Under the pieces are notes generated by a model, which did not search any database, was not told the origin of the DNA, and saw nothing but the letters and a program-made list of their open reading frames with translations. The position numbers were made by a program, and so were the translations under genes. This document shows, one piece after another, positions 27,734-38,104 of a stretch of 64,000 bases of DNA (position 1 is the stretch's first letter; the number at the start of each line of letters is the position of its first letter). Source of the stretch: Planctomycetota bacterium (GTDB lineage Bacteria; Planctomycetota; B15-G4; SIAN01); assembly GCA_028289345.1 (NCBI GenBank), contig JANQQL010000005.1, positions 101,206-165,205 on the forward strand, in the 5' to 3' direction.

Positions 27734-29122
27734 ATGAAGGTCGACGTGTTCCTGAGCTACGCGAGAGAAGACAGGACGAAAGCCGAGAGACTCGTGCACC
27801 GCCTGGAGTCCCGAGAACTCTCCGTCTGGTGGGACCCAGATGTTGCACCCGGTAAAGACTGGCCTGAATCGATTGAACAGGCGTTGAACTCCGCGACCTG
27901 CGTGGTCGTGCTTTGGTCGCAGATCTCCGTGAAAGCTCGCTTCGTCAGGGAGGAAGCGGAAAGTGCGAAGAATCGAGGTGTCCTCCTCCCGGTGTTGATC
28001 GACACCGTCGAAATCGAGAACTTGCCACTGGGCTACAGGACCATCGAGTCGGCGGACCTCAGTCGCTGGCGTGGCGATCCGTACGATCACGAGTATTCGC
28101 TTCTATGTGATCGAATCTCGTCCATCCTCAGCGGGGAGGAAGTCAGCTCCGCGAGGGACGAAGCGAGAAGGGCCCGCCGGCGACGACAATCCGTTCGAAG
28201 CCTCGCGGCGCTACTACTGATTGTTGCGGTCGGTGTCCTCCTGTACACCGAGCCCTGGGTTTCCAGTGCTCCACCCACGATCTCAGATTTCGCCGTGGAG
28301 TCGACTTCGATCCCCTGGAACAGCTCGACTGCGCTGGTCTGGAAGTCCGACGACGCGGATCGCGTCGAGCTCACCGCAAATGGCTCGGTGGTCGGAGAAC
28401 TGGATCCGGAGGGACGTCATCCCGTAAGTCCAGGAGAGACAACAACGTATCGGATTCGCGCCATGCGGGGCAACGTCCGGGGAACCGACGTGAGCGAACT
28501 CATCGTCCGGGTTGGCTCTCCGGATCTGTCCGGGACCTGGAAGAGCTCTGAAGGCGGGTACTACGTGGTCACCTCAACACGGAGTGGATACAGGTGGGAG
28601 GCGTACACAATTGAGAACGGGAAGGCGATGTTCCACAACTACGGGGCGTACGCCACGGCGACGGTCGAGTACATGTCTTCTGCCGTCCCAAGCGTTGAGT
28701 CGAGGGCGACCTTCGCAGCGATTCCCCCGAAAATGCTGCACCCTCCCACCATCTCCTGGTCTCATGGGGAGAAGTTCACGAAGGTTCAGGAGGGAGTCGC
28801 CTACATTGCTCATTCGCCATTGACGGTGTACGGAAAGTGGGTGAATGAGCAAGGACGCCAGTTCTCCATCGACCAAGTGCCCGAGGGGTTCTCTTGGTCC
28901 GTGCCGGTTCACTTCGAATCGGGAGATGTGACCGCGGATGGCGGCCGGCTGTCTGTCCAGACAACACCCGCCAGCGAGTTCGGCTCGTGGATTTCTGCCG
29001 GCACTTTGACCGGAACAACGATCGGGGACTCCGGGTCGGTTCAGCCCACTCAGATCGCCTGGAACAACGGCGTGACGTTTCAGGCGGTCGATTCGATCCC
29101 GTTTCAGCTGCATGGCAACTGA
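27734..29122 (+). CDS. N-terminal TIR domain, single TM, large extracytoplasmic C-terminal region
   Basis: KVDVFLSYAREDRTKAERL..., VVVLWSQISVKARFVREEAESA. TM SLAALLLIVAVGVLLYT. About 290 aa of beta-rich C-terminal sequence. Confidence 0.85.
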   Translation: MKVDVFLSYAREDRTKAERLVHRLESRELSVWWDPDVAPGKDWPESIEQALNSATCVVVLWSQISVKARFVREEAESAKNRGVLLPVLIDTVEIENLPLGYRTIESADLSRWRGDPYDHEYSLLCDRISSILSGEEVSSARDEARRARRRRQSVRSLAALLLIVAVGVLLYTEPWVSSAPPTISDFAVESTSIPWNSSTALVWKSDDADRVELTANGSVVGELDPEGRHPVSPGETTTYRIRAMRGNVRGTDVSELIVRVGSPDLSGTWKSSEGGYYVVTSTRSGYRWEAYTIENGKAMFHNYGAYATATVEYMSSAVPSVESRATFAAIPPKMLHPPTISWSHGEKFTKVQEGVAYIAHSPLTVYGKWVNEQGRQFSIDQVPEGFSWSVPVHFESGDVTADGGRLSVQTTPASEFGSWISAGTLTGTTIGDSGSVQPTQIAWNNGVTFQAVDSIPFQLHGN

Positions 29123-29326
29123 CTGTCATGACGCGGCTTTTTTGAAACCGAGGCGTTGCCGCAGCGGCTCCGAACCCAGTGCGCTCACACCGCAGTTGAT
29201 CGATGTCCTCCGAACGAGAAGTACATCGCCGCGTTCGGACCCTGGTTGACTGTGGTCCCAGCCGGTCGCTCAGATCCCGACGGTCACGAGCGACGCCGGT
29301 CTTTCCCATTCCCCGGACCCCGAACT

Positions 29327-31810
29327 TCACAAGTTGAGGTAGTGCTCGAACCAGTTTCCAGTGTCTACCCGAGTCAGCTCGTCAAGAAGCTCCAAGCTGA
29401 CTGCCCGGACGAAGAACGAAGTGTTCCATCCGCTGTTGCTGAGTACGACGAAGCCGGTCCCATGGTTTGGGAGAAGCCAGAAGTCTGCGCTCATGCCGTC
29501 AATTCCACCGGCATGGTTGTACGCTTCGTCGCCGTGCCGAAGGACTCTGAAGAGACCGAGTCCATAGGTCAGCTCTTCCACGTCTGGAAACCAGAGATCC
29601 AAGTTGAACTCCGAAGGGGCTTGGACCACGACACGAGCTCGAGCTTGCTCGACGAGTGCATCGAGATTCTCATTGCCGAAGGACATTCGCTGCATGACTT
29701 TCGCGATTCCTCGGGGAGTCGTCACGACGCTGCCTGCCGGCCCAACACTGGTGAGCACACGGTGAGGGATGACGCGCTTCTCTGACCCCCTTCCAGAATG
29801 AGGCCGAGCGCTGTTTGGACCGGACTCTTCCAAGTCAAAAGCAAGGGGGAGATGATCTCCGCCAAAGAAAAGAGAGCGAATCTGGTGTTCCCAGGGGACA
29901 CCGGCGAGGCGCTCTACAGCAAGGCCGAGTGCGGCATAGCCAACATTCTGATAAGAGAAGACGTCGCGAGATGGGCTTGGGTCCTGCGTCGCGGCAAGCT
30001 CGCGGACCAGTTCGCATCGTCCCATGGTTCCATCCCACCAGAGAGACGTCGTGCGAGGATACCCGGTTCGCATCGCCGCAAGGTCTTCGAGCGTGAGAGG
30101 ATTCGCTCCGCCTTCTCCCCTGAGTTCGGGAATCAGACCGCCCACAGCCTCTCCCCAGGACAAAAGACCGGCATCAGCGTGCTGTTGCAAAAGATGGGCC
30201 GTGAGCACCTTGGTCACCGAACCAATCTGCATTCTCGATGCGGGACCAAGAAGGGTCCCGCGACGGTGATCAGCAAAACCCAAGTAAGTTTCATGCTGGA
30301 TGCCGCTCGAGTCGAAAGTCACGATCGCGAGGCCTGGTTGGTCGTACTCGTCCCAAGCCTCGGCAAGTCGGCGCTCGAACGGGAGAAACCCGTCCTGCGA
30401 GTGTCTGGAGTGGTCGGAAAGAATCCCACGACCAGCGGTGACTTCGTCTTGAACAACGTTGTCGCTGACGGTGACTGCCCCATTCACGATCACGTGAGAG
30501 ATCCCTTCAGAGAACACGGCTGGGCTCTCAAAGCTCGCACGCGAGTCGATCCGCGTCGGATCAATCAAAGTGAGATCCGCGATCGCTCCCACCTGGAGAC
30601 GTCCGCGCTCGGCGAGGTCCGACGAAACATGCTCGAGCTTTCGGGCGGGCGCGAGAGTGATCTTCTCGAGTCCTTCCAGCCAGGTCAGGGGGCCATCGAC
30701 GACATACTCTCGAAGAAACTTCGCAAAAGACCCCGCACCACGGGGATGGCCTCTGCCGTTCCTGATCCCTCCATCACTCCCCACCGAACACCGAGGATTC
30801 CGCACAGCCGCGTCAACGACACTTCGATCGATGAAGTGGATGATGATGGGTGTCGGAATCTCGTCATTCCGATGGTGAAGGAAGGAAGATTCATCGAGGC
30901 GCTGACCCGAGAACAGCTGAATGTCTTCGTAGGAACAGTTCATCCGCTCTTGCCAGCCAGGATCGAACACCGAAGACTCGAGCATTGTCGATCCCGCAGT
31001 GTAGGGGTAGGCATTCGCCGCGACTCGCAGCCCGGACCTTGCCGCCCCGTCGATCAGGCGCAACGCCCGAGAGATGTCGGTGTGCAGCATGGAGTTGATG
31101 TGCATGATCTCGAGATCGGCCCCGGACGCAACGGCGAGTGACAGGCATTCCTCGAGCCCGCGAAGTCCGGACGTGGGCTCTCGAGAGCCGAGCCAGCGCA
31201 CGTGGACGTGGCATGGGACCCCCCAGTGAGCCGCGGTATCGAACATCGCCGCAAGCTCATCGTGAGAAGCGCCTGGCGTGTACTGGATCCCAAACCCAAT
31301 TCCGAGAGCTCCGCTCTTGATCTCCTCGACGATCAGCTGGTTCATCGTGCTGATTTCATCCTCGGTCGCGGCTCGATCTCGTTCGATCACTCCTGCGGCC
31401 TCACGGGCGGCCCAATGGCCGGTCGCCGCACCGACATTGGTGTAGACGCCAGTGGCAACTAACTCGCGAATCATTTCCTGTACATGGAGTGGTCCCGACT
31501 CCATCCCCAGCTGAGTGGTCACTCCGTCCGTGACTTTGTACAGACTCCCTTCGACCGTGAAACCATCGGCAGCCGCATCGATGAATCCGGGCGAGACAAT
31601 CAGTCCCGTGGCATCGATGAGGCGATCGGCTTCGATCGTCTCCGTCGTCACGGCGGTGATGCGATCCTTGGTGATCCCGATGGAACGAATGGCATCAAGA
31701 CCCGTTTCTGGGTCGACCACCCTGCCGTGGAGGATGGCGATGTCGTGTTGCGCGGAGCCGATTGAACTCGAAAGAGTCAAAGAAGCGATACAGGCAAGTG
31801 TCTTCCGCAT
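29327..31810 (-). CDS. fusion of D-aminoacylase-like amidohydrolase and serine beta-lactamase/PBP-like hydrolase
   Basis: Start at MRKTLAC (ATG 31810, GGAGG upstream) with a signal peptide. N-terminal half reads ILHGRVVDPETG...IVSPGFID. C-terminal half has SVTK (SxxK) in MQIGSVTKVLTAHLL. Confidence 0.85.
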   Translation of the reverse strand: MRKTLACIASLTLSSSIGSAQHDIAILHGRVVDPETGLDAIRSIGITKDRITAVTTETIEADRLIDATGLIVSPGFIDAAADGFTVEGSLYKVTDGVTTQLGMESGPLHVQEMIRELVATGVYTNVGAATGHWAAREAAGVIERDRAATEDEISTMNQLIVEEIKSGALGIGFGIQYTPGASHDELAAMFDTAAHWGVPCHVHVRWLGSREPTSGLRGLEECLSLAVASGADLEIMHINSMLHTDISRALRLIDGAARSGLRVAANAYPYTAGSTMLESSVFDPGWQERMNCSYEDIQLFSGQRLDESSFLHHRNDEIPTPIIIHFIDRSVVDAAVRNPRCSVGSDGGIRNGRGHPRGAGSFAKFLREYVVDGPLTWLEGLEKITLAPARKLEHVSSDLAERGRLQVGAIADLTLIDPTRIDSRASFESPAVFSEGISHVIVNGAVTVSDNVVQDEVTAGRGILSDHSRHSQDGFLPFERRLAEAWDEYDQPGLAIVTFDSSGIQHETYLGFADHRRGTLLGPASRMQIGSVTKVLTAHLLQQHADAGLLSWGEAVGGLIPELRGEGGANPLTLEDLAAMRTGYPRTTSLWWDGTMGRCELVRELAATQDPSPSRDVFSYQNVGYAALGLAVERLAGVPWEHQIRSLFFGGDHLPLAFDLEESGPNSARPHSGRGSEKRVIPHRVLTSVGPAGSVVTTPRGIAKVMQRMSFGNENLDALVEQARARVVVQAPSEFNLDLWFPDVEELTYGLGLFRVLRHGDEAYNHAGGIDGMSADFWLLPNHGTGFVVLSNSGWNTSFFVRAVSLELLDELTRVDTGNWFEHYLNL

Positions 31811-32689
31811 CGGGAGTCCTCCGGATGGCTCCTGGGCTGATGGGCACATATCGGTAACTAGTTACATTCAAGGCAATTTACTTCGCCCCCGCGGATGGAA
31901 TCCAGAGTGGAGGCAACTTGTGGGTTTTTCCGCAGGGGCACCGACGCTGCACGAACAGTTCGTGACGGCGACGCGTAATCCGGACCAGGAAAGCACGTCG
32001 TTTCCGATCGGACCCTGGACCCAGGCGAGTGCGCGAGCGGACTCCGGGGCAAAAGCTCCGAACGAGGATTGAAAGAACAGGCCCGTCGCTCCGACACGCC
32101 AAACAATTGCGGGATAGGCTTCACGGCCCGTCGTCACCTCGCCGGGCTCGGAATTCCCTCTGACGGCTCTTGCATCATCGTTTTTGTCAATGCCGTTCTG
32201 CGGCGAAGTCCGCCCTGCGTGTTTGGGGGGTCGCAACACGGAGCCGCTCGCAGAGCGGAAGCGTCTCTCCAGCTTGATCCGTGTTGAGGATCTCGAGCGA
32301 AATTCCCACGACGCGAACTCAAATTCGCACCTACCGCTAGGTTCGGGGTCCGTGTAGGACTCGAACGCGGTGGGAAGGCACTGTCACTCAGTCACTCGCG
32401 CGCCCGACCCCTGGTATACTCGTCAAGCGCTTGGCGACTCGACGAGGGATTTGAGTTTCCGGCCGGGACAGGACGTCGGCTGCTCTTCGCGCAACACTCA
32501 GCCCCGCTCCGATGATGGAGCTGTTTCAGCAGCCTCGACCGTACCATCGACGTGCTGAACCGAAGTTGACTCCGGCCCCGGATCCACCTCGATAGCCAGA
32601 CGCCATGCCGCCGTTGAGGCTCCTCTTGGATCGACGAAAGGACGAAGGTCATTCCCAAACAGAATCCCGTCGATCGATCGACGAAGGTC

Positions 32690-33874
32690 CCCGTTCTCGT
32701 TCTGAACGGTTTCCTCGGATCCGGCAAGACCACGCTCCTGAGAAGTCTGCTCGTCCAGGCCCACAGGAAGAGCCTGGCGCTCGGGGTCATCGTCAACGAC
32801 ATGAGCGAGCTCGATGTCGATGGCATCATCGTCGCCAAGACGGACTTCTTCGAGGAGAGCGATCCCCACTTCGCGTCCATCCATGGGTGCGTCCTGAGCA
32901 GCCGGAAGGGAATCGAGGAGCTTCGAAACGCGACGAAGCGGATGCTGGCGAAGAGTGCACCCGATCTGCTCATCGTCGAGACGTCGGGAAGCTGCCACCC
33001 CATGCCGCTCATCGAGTTCTTTCACGCGCAACCAGAGTTTCGACTCACGGGCGTCTTGACCATGGTCGACAGCGCAATGATCGACGAGGAATATGACGCC
33101 GGCCGACAACTCTTCCCGGCCATGCAGCGCAACGTGCGAAACGGGCACCGGGACACCACGAATCTGCTGGTGGAGCAGGTGATGTTCTGCAGTCACTTGC
33201 TCCTGACCAAGGTCGACCGCATCGAGGAGAGCAAGCTCCCCACCATCGCGCAGTCCATCCACGAGCTGAACCCCTTCGTGGAGGTCCTTTCCGTGCCCTT
33301 CGGGAATCTGCCTCTCGACAAGGTGCAGGCCATTCCGGACTTCGATCACCATCGCGTCGCGAAGTTGATCCAGGAACTGAAGCCGTCCTTCGAGCCAGAT
33401 CGTCAGGACGAGCGCCCCTACAACCTGGCGACTCGGGTCCTCGAGGACGACCGCCCCTTCCATCCCCAGCGCCTCTGGGACACCTGCCAGCATCAGCTCG
33501 GCCAGCTCATCTACCGAAGCAAGGGCTTCTTCTATCTCGCGAGCCGCGACCAGTTCTCCCTGCTCTGGAATCAAGCCGCCGGCGGAATTGCCCTCGAGCT
33601 GGCGGGGTACTGGCGGGCGGGAATCCTCGAGGATGAGAACAACGGCCTGGACGAGACGGAGATCCAGGCGCTGAAGGATTTCATCGCCAAGAATCCCGGA
33701 CGCTTCGGTGATCGCCGCTGCCATCTCACCGTGATCGGAGACCGGTCTCAGGTGGACCGCTTCACGGAATTGCTCACGGAATGCTTCCTCACCGAGGAAG
33801 AGATCGAGCACTGGAGGTCGGGCGGAGAGTTTCCGGATCCGTGGCCTGACAACTTCGTAACGAGGGAGTACTGA
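32690..33874 (+). CDS. COG0523-family (CobW/YjiA-like) GTPase; start codon unresolved
   Basis: P-loop VLVLNGFLGSGKTTLL (GSGKT at ~32717-32731), LLIVETSG, LLLTKVD, C-terminal CobW_C-like region. The frame opens at 32618 but has no ATG/GTG/TTG before the P-loop; the first ATG in frame is 32801. Confidence 0.75.
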   Translation, partial: PVLVLNGFLGSGKTTLLRSLLVQAHRKSLALGVIVNDMSELDVDGIIVAKTDFFEESDPHFASIHGCVLSSRKGIEELRNATKRMLAKSAPDLLIVETSGSCHPMPLIEFFHAQPEFRLTGVLTMVDSAMIDEEYDAGRQLFPAMQRNVRNGHRDTTNLLVEQVMFCSHLLLTKVDRIEESKLPTIAQSIHELNPFVEVLSVPFGNLPLDKVQAIPDFDHHRVAKLIQELKPSFEPDRQDERPYNLATRVLEDDRPFHPQRLWDTCQHQLGQLIYRSKGFFYLASRDQFSLLWNQAAGGIALELAGYWRAGILEDENNGLDETEIQALKDFIAKNPGRFGDRRCHLTVIGDRSQVDRFTELLTECFLTEEEIEHWRSGGEFPDPWPDNFVTREY

Positions 33875-33989
33875 GGGCGTGGGGAAGTGACCGTGGGCGC
33901 CAGCACAGAGCGCGATGGGCACCGCGGCTAGAACGCTGCACTGCGCCATCAAGGAATCGGAAACGAGCTAATCGCCCCAAGTCCATTCC

Positions 33990-34100
33990 CCATTGCGGCG
34001 CTGGACTCGTGCAATTTCGAGAAAGGCTCGGCGGGTTGCTTCGTTTCTATCGTCGGTGCGCTGCGTGAATTGGACGGTCCTATCTTTGCACCCTACGGGT
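33990..34100 (+). mobile_element. solo 3' fragment of IS family B (last codons plus right inverted repeat)
   Basis: Encodes LGGLLRFYRRCAA* followed by ...TCTTTGCACCCTACGGG, as at the right ends 38104, 43921 and 46558. Confidence 0.6.
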
Positions 34101-34120
34101 AGGCGCGACGAGATTCTTGA

Positions 34121-36448
34121 TCAGTCCGTCTCGATTCCAGCAACTGGCACCGAATCGCGGATCACGATTCGCCCGCCAAACACGGGACTGATCGGGCCCG
34201 TGCCAGGTTCCAGGCCCCTGCTATTGTCGTACACGACGAGATTCCCATCAGCCCTGTCCCAGATTTCCATCCGGAACAGGTCCTTCGAAGTGCTCGGGTC
34301 GAGCCTCGAGTCGATCACCGTCGTCCGGAAACCGTAGTTTCCTTCTCCGTTGATCGTGCCGGATCCCTGGAACTGCGCACGCGCTCCGTCGACCACCAGG
34401 AACTCGTAGGAACTCGAATACAGCTCCAGCTCGTCACATGCAAAACGGAAGACCAGATGACCTCGAGGTTCGCTCTCGCCGTCCCGGTACTTGGCGGTGA
34501 ACTCGAGCTGAGCCCGCCCACGGATCGCGCAGGCGTCCGTCAATGTGCATGAGCCCTCGGGAGAGTGAACGGATCCGCAACCAAAGACAGCTCCCGCATC
34601 CGGGTCGAACACGACGAGTGACAGGCACTCTTCCCGGCTGACATTGCCCGCAGAGTCGGTGCAGGTGATGCAGAGACTCCGGGTGCCCGCCTCGTCGAAC
34701 CCGAGAGGGATGACGAGATCCTCGACGGTCTCGTCGAACGCTCCGTCCGCGGCCTGCATGGCGAACGGCCCAGCGCCATCGATGGTGTAGGAAGCACTGG
34801 CGATGGTCGAGTTGCCAGTGCCGACATCCGTTGCCACGGCGGTCAGCACTGTCGTCGTCTGGACCACGACGGGAGAGGGAGTCGCCGAGAGATCGAGGAC
34901 CGAGGGGGCCTGGAGATCCCCAGGTTCCCCGCCCTGCCCGAAGAACAGGAAGGCACTGCCCGAGGAAACCGCCGCCACGTTGTTGTCACCGGTCGCACCG
35001 ATGATCACGTCTGCAGCAGCGTCACCGCCGAAGTTGCCCGCGGACGCCACGGAGCCGCCGAAGAAGTCCTCCAGATCCTGACCGAGGAAGACCACGTCCG
35101 CGCCAGTCACGGGGTCATCAATCGATCCCGACCGACCGCCGCGAAACAGGAACGCGGCCCCGGGGATGAGCACACAGTCATCCGCACAGTTGTCCCCCGC
35201 AGCTCCAATGATGACATCGTCGAGTCCGTCTCCATCGAAGTCCCCGGCCCCCGCCACGGAAAGCCCGAGGAAATCACTCACTCCCTGCGTGCTCACCACC
35301 AAGGCAGCATCACTTGTGTCGAGGATCCCCGTCTCTCCGCCGAGGAAGACGAAGGCACCACCCACTCCTGCTCCCACGAAGTAGAAGCTGTCACCGATGA
35401 TCACGTCGTCGAATCCGTCCCCGTTGAAGTCACCCGCCGAAGACACCGAGATCCCGAACTCGCCGAATCCCAGCCCGCTCCCGTCCCCATGCAGGACCAC
35501 GTCCGCCTGGAGCTCGGGATCGGTGATCGTACCGGTACGCCCCCCGAAGTAGACGTAAGCGCTGCCCCTCCCCTGGCTCGTGAACGCACCCACGATGACA
35601 TCGTCTCGCCCGTCCGCGTTGAAGTCCCCCGCCGTCGAGACAGAGATGCCAAAGCCATCGTTACAGGCCCCGGCGCTCAGAACGACATCGGCGTCGGACG
35701 AGGCATCCAAGAAGAGCTGCGAGTCGAGGTCGCGGCCGAAGATCAGGTGGACATCGTTCCTGCACACCCCATCCAGGAAGTAGTCCCACCCGCCCACGAT
35801 GAGGTCGTCCTTTCCATCGCCGTCGAAGTCTCCCGCGGAAGCAACGCTGTTTCCCAGCTGACTCCCTTGGTCGCCGCGGATCACGATGTCGGCGTCCGTG
35901 TCCGCGAACAGGACGATCGGAGACACGACGTCCCGACCGAAGAAGACGAAGGCACTCCCGGAGCTGGGCCCGTTGTCGTCGTCTCCCGGGGCACCGATGA
36001 CGATGTCCTGGAGGCCGTCCCCGTTGAAGTCCCCCACACCGGCGACCGAGATCCCGAAGGAATCCGCCTCCCCCGCGCCGTGCAGTACGACATCGGCATT
36101 CATGTCGGGGTTGTTGATCGGACCATCCCTTCCGCCGAAGAAAACATATGCCGAGCCACTGAAGCGTGCCCCGCCATCGTGGACCGGATTGCCGACGATG
36201 ACGTCATCGAGACCGTCGCCATTGAAATCCCCCGCGCACGCCACCGAGTCTCCGAAGATGTCCGCGCTCGTCGGATCGTCGTCCTCCTGGCCGTTCAGCA
36301 CCAAGTCGGCATCCGCGTCCGCGACGAGGACCTCACCCAGAACCGATGCCTGGGCAGACAACGTTCCGCCGCCAGCCCCGATCAAGACCGGAAGGAGAAC
36401 GGCAATGAGGAGTTGGATGCGTGTCCGCGAAAGGACGAGGGGTGCCAT
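34121..36448 (-). CDS. FG-GAP/VCBS repeat (integrin-alpha-like) secreted protein
   Basis: Start at MAPLVLSR (ATG 36448) with a signal peptide. More than 10 repeats of GDFNGDG(L/F/R/K)DDVI(V/I)G. Confidence 0.85.
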   Translation of the reverse strand: MAPLVLSRTRIQLLIAVLLPVLIGAGGGTLSAQASVLGEVLVADADADLVLNGQEDDDPTSADIFGDSVACAGDFNGDGLDDVIVGNPVHDGGARFSGSAYVFFGGRDGPINNPDMNADVVLHGAGEADSFGISVAGVGDFNGDGLQDIVIGAPGDDDNGPSSGSAFVFFGRDVVSPIVLFADTDADIVIRGDQGSQLGNSVASAGDFDGDGKDDLIVGGWDYFLDGVCRNDVHLIFGRDLDSQLFLDASSDADVVLSAGACNDGFGISVSTAGDFNADGRDDVIVGAFTSQGRGSAYVYFGGRTGTITDPELQADVVLHGDGSGLGFGEFGISVSSAGDFNGDGFDDVIIGDSFYFVGAGVGGAFVFLGGETGILDTSDAALVVSTQGVSDFLGLSVAGAGDFDGDGLDDVIIGAAGDNCADDCVLIPGAAFLFRGGRSGSIDDPVTGADVVFLGQDLEDFFGGSVASAGNFGGDAAADVIIGATGDNNVAAVSSGSAFLFFGQGGEPGDLQAPSVLDLSATPSPVVVQTTTVLTAVATDVGTGNSTIASASYTIDGAGPFAMQAADGAFDETVEDLVIPLGFDEAGTRSLCITCTDSAGNVSREECLSLVVFDPDAGAVFGCGSVHSPEGSCTLTDACAIRGRAQLEFTAKYRDGESEPRGHLVFRFACDELELYSSSYEFLVVDGARAQFQGSGTINGEGNYGFRTTVIDSRLDPSTSKDLFRMEIWDRADGNLVVYDNSRGLEPGTGPISPVFGGRIVIRDSVPVAGIETD

Positions 36449-36730
36449 GGTCACTCTCCAGGGATCTGCGCCAATGGACGGGCGGGACTTGCACTGTGAC
36501 GGCATCAACGAGATCGGCGCTGGACACCCGACAGCCATTTTGTGTTTTTTTGGGGTCCCAGGCTGCGGGACACCCGACAGAGTCACGGCTTCGTCGGAGC
36601 AGTGCGTTTTTCCGGAGAGGTCGCCGCCCGTGCCTCGTCCAATAACGACGACGGATTCGTAGACGAGCAGGAGCGGACACGAGTGACATCAGCAACCATG
36701 GTGGCAGCCTCTGTCGTGGCCACCGACTTT

Positions 36731-37230
36731 TCACGCGGCTTTCGCGAGTTTGACGACCAGGAGGTGGCGGCGACCTTCCAGGTCGCTGACTTGCATTCTC
36801 AGCAGTTCCCCGTGATTTCCTTTCGCCTCAGCCCATGGTGCCGCGCACCCACTCTTTTTTGGCCAACGGCGTCGCGACTCGTGCCCCCATCGTTCGCAAG
36901 CCGGAATTCGACCTCTGCACACTTCATCAGGAGTCCGGCCTCTCCGGCCGTGATGAGGTCGATGTTGGTTGAACCATTCGACAGACAGTGATCGGGGAAC
37001 CTCCGACCAGTCTCGACCACACTCCATCCTCGCATAGCCCGCAGCTCCAAGATGGCCATCCGACTGAGTGCTTGGTAGTGGGAACGACGAGCTGGCGGTA
37101 GTCCTGCCATCCTCTCGTCCTTGAGCCGTAACTCTTCATTGAGCAAGGCGATCTCATTGCGAGGACATTCGAGTTCTCGTTGGGCCACGACAGTGACTTC
37201 GTAACTCTTGGCGTGATCGCCATTTCTGTG
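36731..37230 (-). mobile_element. internally deleted remnant of a third transposase type (IS family C)
   Basis: N-terminal-type segment EIALLNEELRLKDERMAGLPPARRSHY..RMAILELRAMRGWS is joined to a C-terminal rve tail EWFNQHRPHHG..GRTPDEV. The catalytic core is absent. Confidence 0.5.
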
Positions 37231-37266
37231 GGGCGGCGTGGGCGATCGACAATCAGCCGACCTAAA

Positions 37267-38104
37267 CCCGTAGGGTACAAAAATTCGGCCGTTCCCCGCG
37301 AGACACCACTCCTGGCTACACAGGTAACATCCGCGTGCCATGATCCCCGTTCTCCAGCCATTTCACGTGCTCGCCGTCATCCTCGCGGGCTGGTCCAATC
37401 GGCATCAGTTGCGAGTGATCGAGTACTTGCAGGAAGAGAACCGGGTCTTCAAACAACAGATGCGGAAGCGAAGACTTCGACTGACTGACACTCAGCGTGC
37501 TCGGCTCGCAGTCGATCGTCGCCACGGACTTCTTCACGGCCGAAGTCCGGACGCCCCGAGGATTGAAGACGTACTACATCCTCTTCTTCATGGAACTTTC
37601 CACGCGAAGAGTCACCATCGCTGGGTTCACGCCCCGTCCTCACGGTCGATTCATGGCTCAGGTCGCCCGAAACCTCACCGATGAAGAGGATGGGTTCCTG
37701 AACGGCAAGCGGTTCTTGATCCACGACCGGGACACGAAGTACACCGACCAGTTCCTTCGAATCCTTGGAGACGCTGGCGTCGAGTCTGCTCAATGCCCAG
37801 CGAAAGCGCCCAACTGCAACGCGTATGCTGAGCGGTTCGTTCGATCCATCAAGGAAGAGTGTCTCAGCCGGATGACCTTCTTCGGCGAGAAATCACTCAG
37901 ACGGGCGATCACTGAGTACGCCGTGCACTACCACTCTGAACGGAACCATCAAGGACTCGGGAACGAGCGGATTGAACCCGAGCCCAAGCCCCATCGCGTG
38001 ACCGGTTCCATCCGATGCCGCTCGAGACTGGGCGGACTCCTTCGCTTCTACCACCGGCAGGTTGCCTGACTGGGAGCGCGATCTAGTTTCTGCACTCTAC
38101 GGGG
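37267..38104 (+). mobile_element. IS family B copy 1 (internally deleted, both ends present)
   Basis: Left end CCCGTAGGGTACAAAAATTC, right end CTAGTTTCTGCACTCTACGGGG. Transposase is MIPVLQPFHVLAVILAGWSNRHQLRVIEYLQEENRVFKQQ..., then a deletion to ATDFFTAEV...HDRDTKYT...NAYAERFVRSIKEE (rve/DDE core). Confidence 0.8.

Noticed and set aside
29101-29143. T6 run after the stop of the TIR-TM gene, as a possible intrinsic terminator.
   Set aside because: I found no convincing GC-rich stem immediately upstream of the T-run.
29798-31141. 447-aa plus-strand ORF inside the amidohydrolase/beta-lactamase gene.
   Set aside because: It is antisense to an ORF with SxxK and amidohydrolase motifs, and its composition is not protein-like.
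32341-32375. GGACTCGAAC, the reverse complement of a tRNA T-loop-like GTTCGAGTCC.
   Set aside because: The flanking bases cannot form a T-stem or acceptor stem, and there is no cloverleaf.
32498-33952. 484-aa minus-strand ORF covering the COG0523 gene.
   Set aside because: The plus frame has P-loop and CobW motifs. The minus frame has none.
35489-36499. 336-aa plus-strand ORF (and 35886-36662) inside the FG-GAP gene.
   Set aside because: It is antisense to more than 10 canonical FG-GAP repeats. The repeat-driven open frames are expected.
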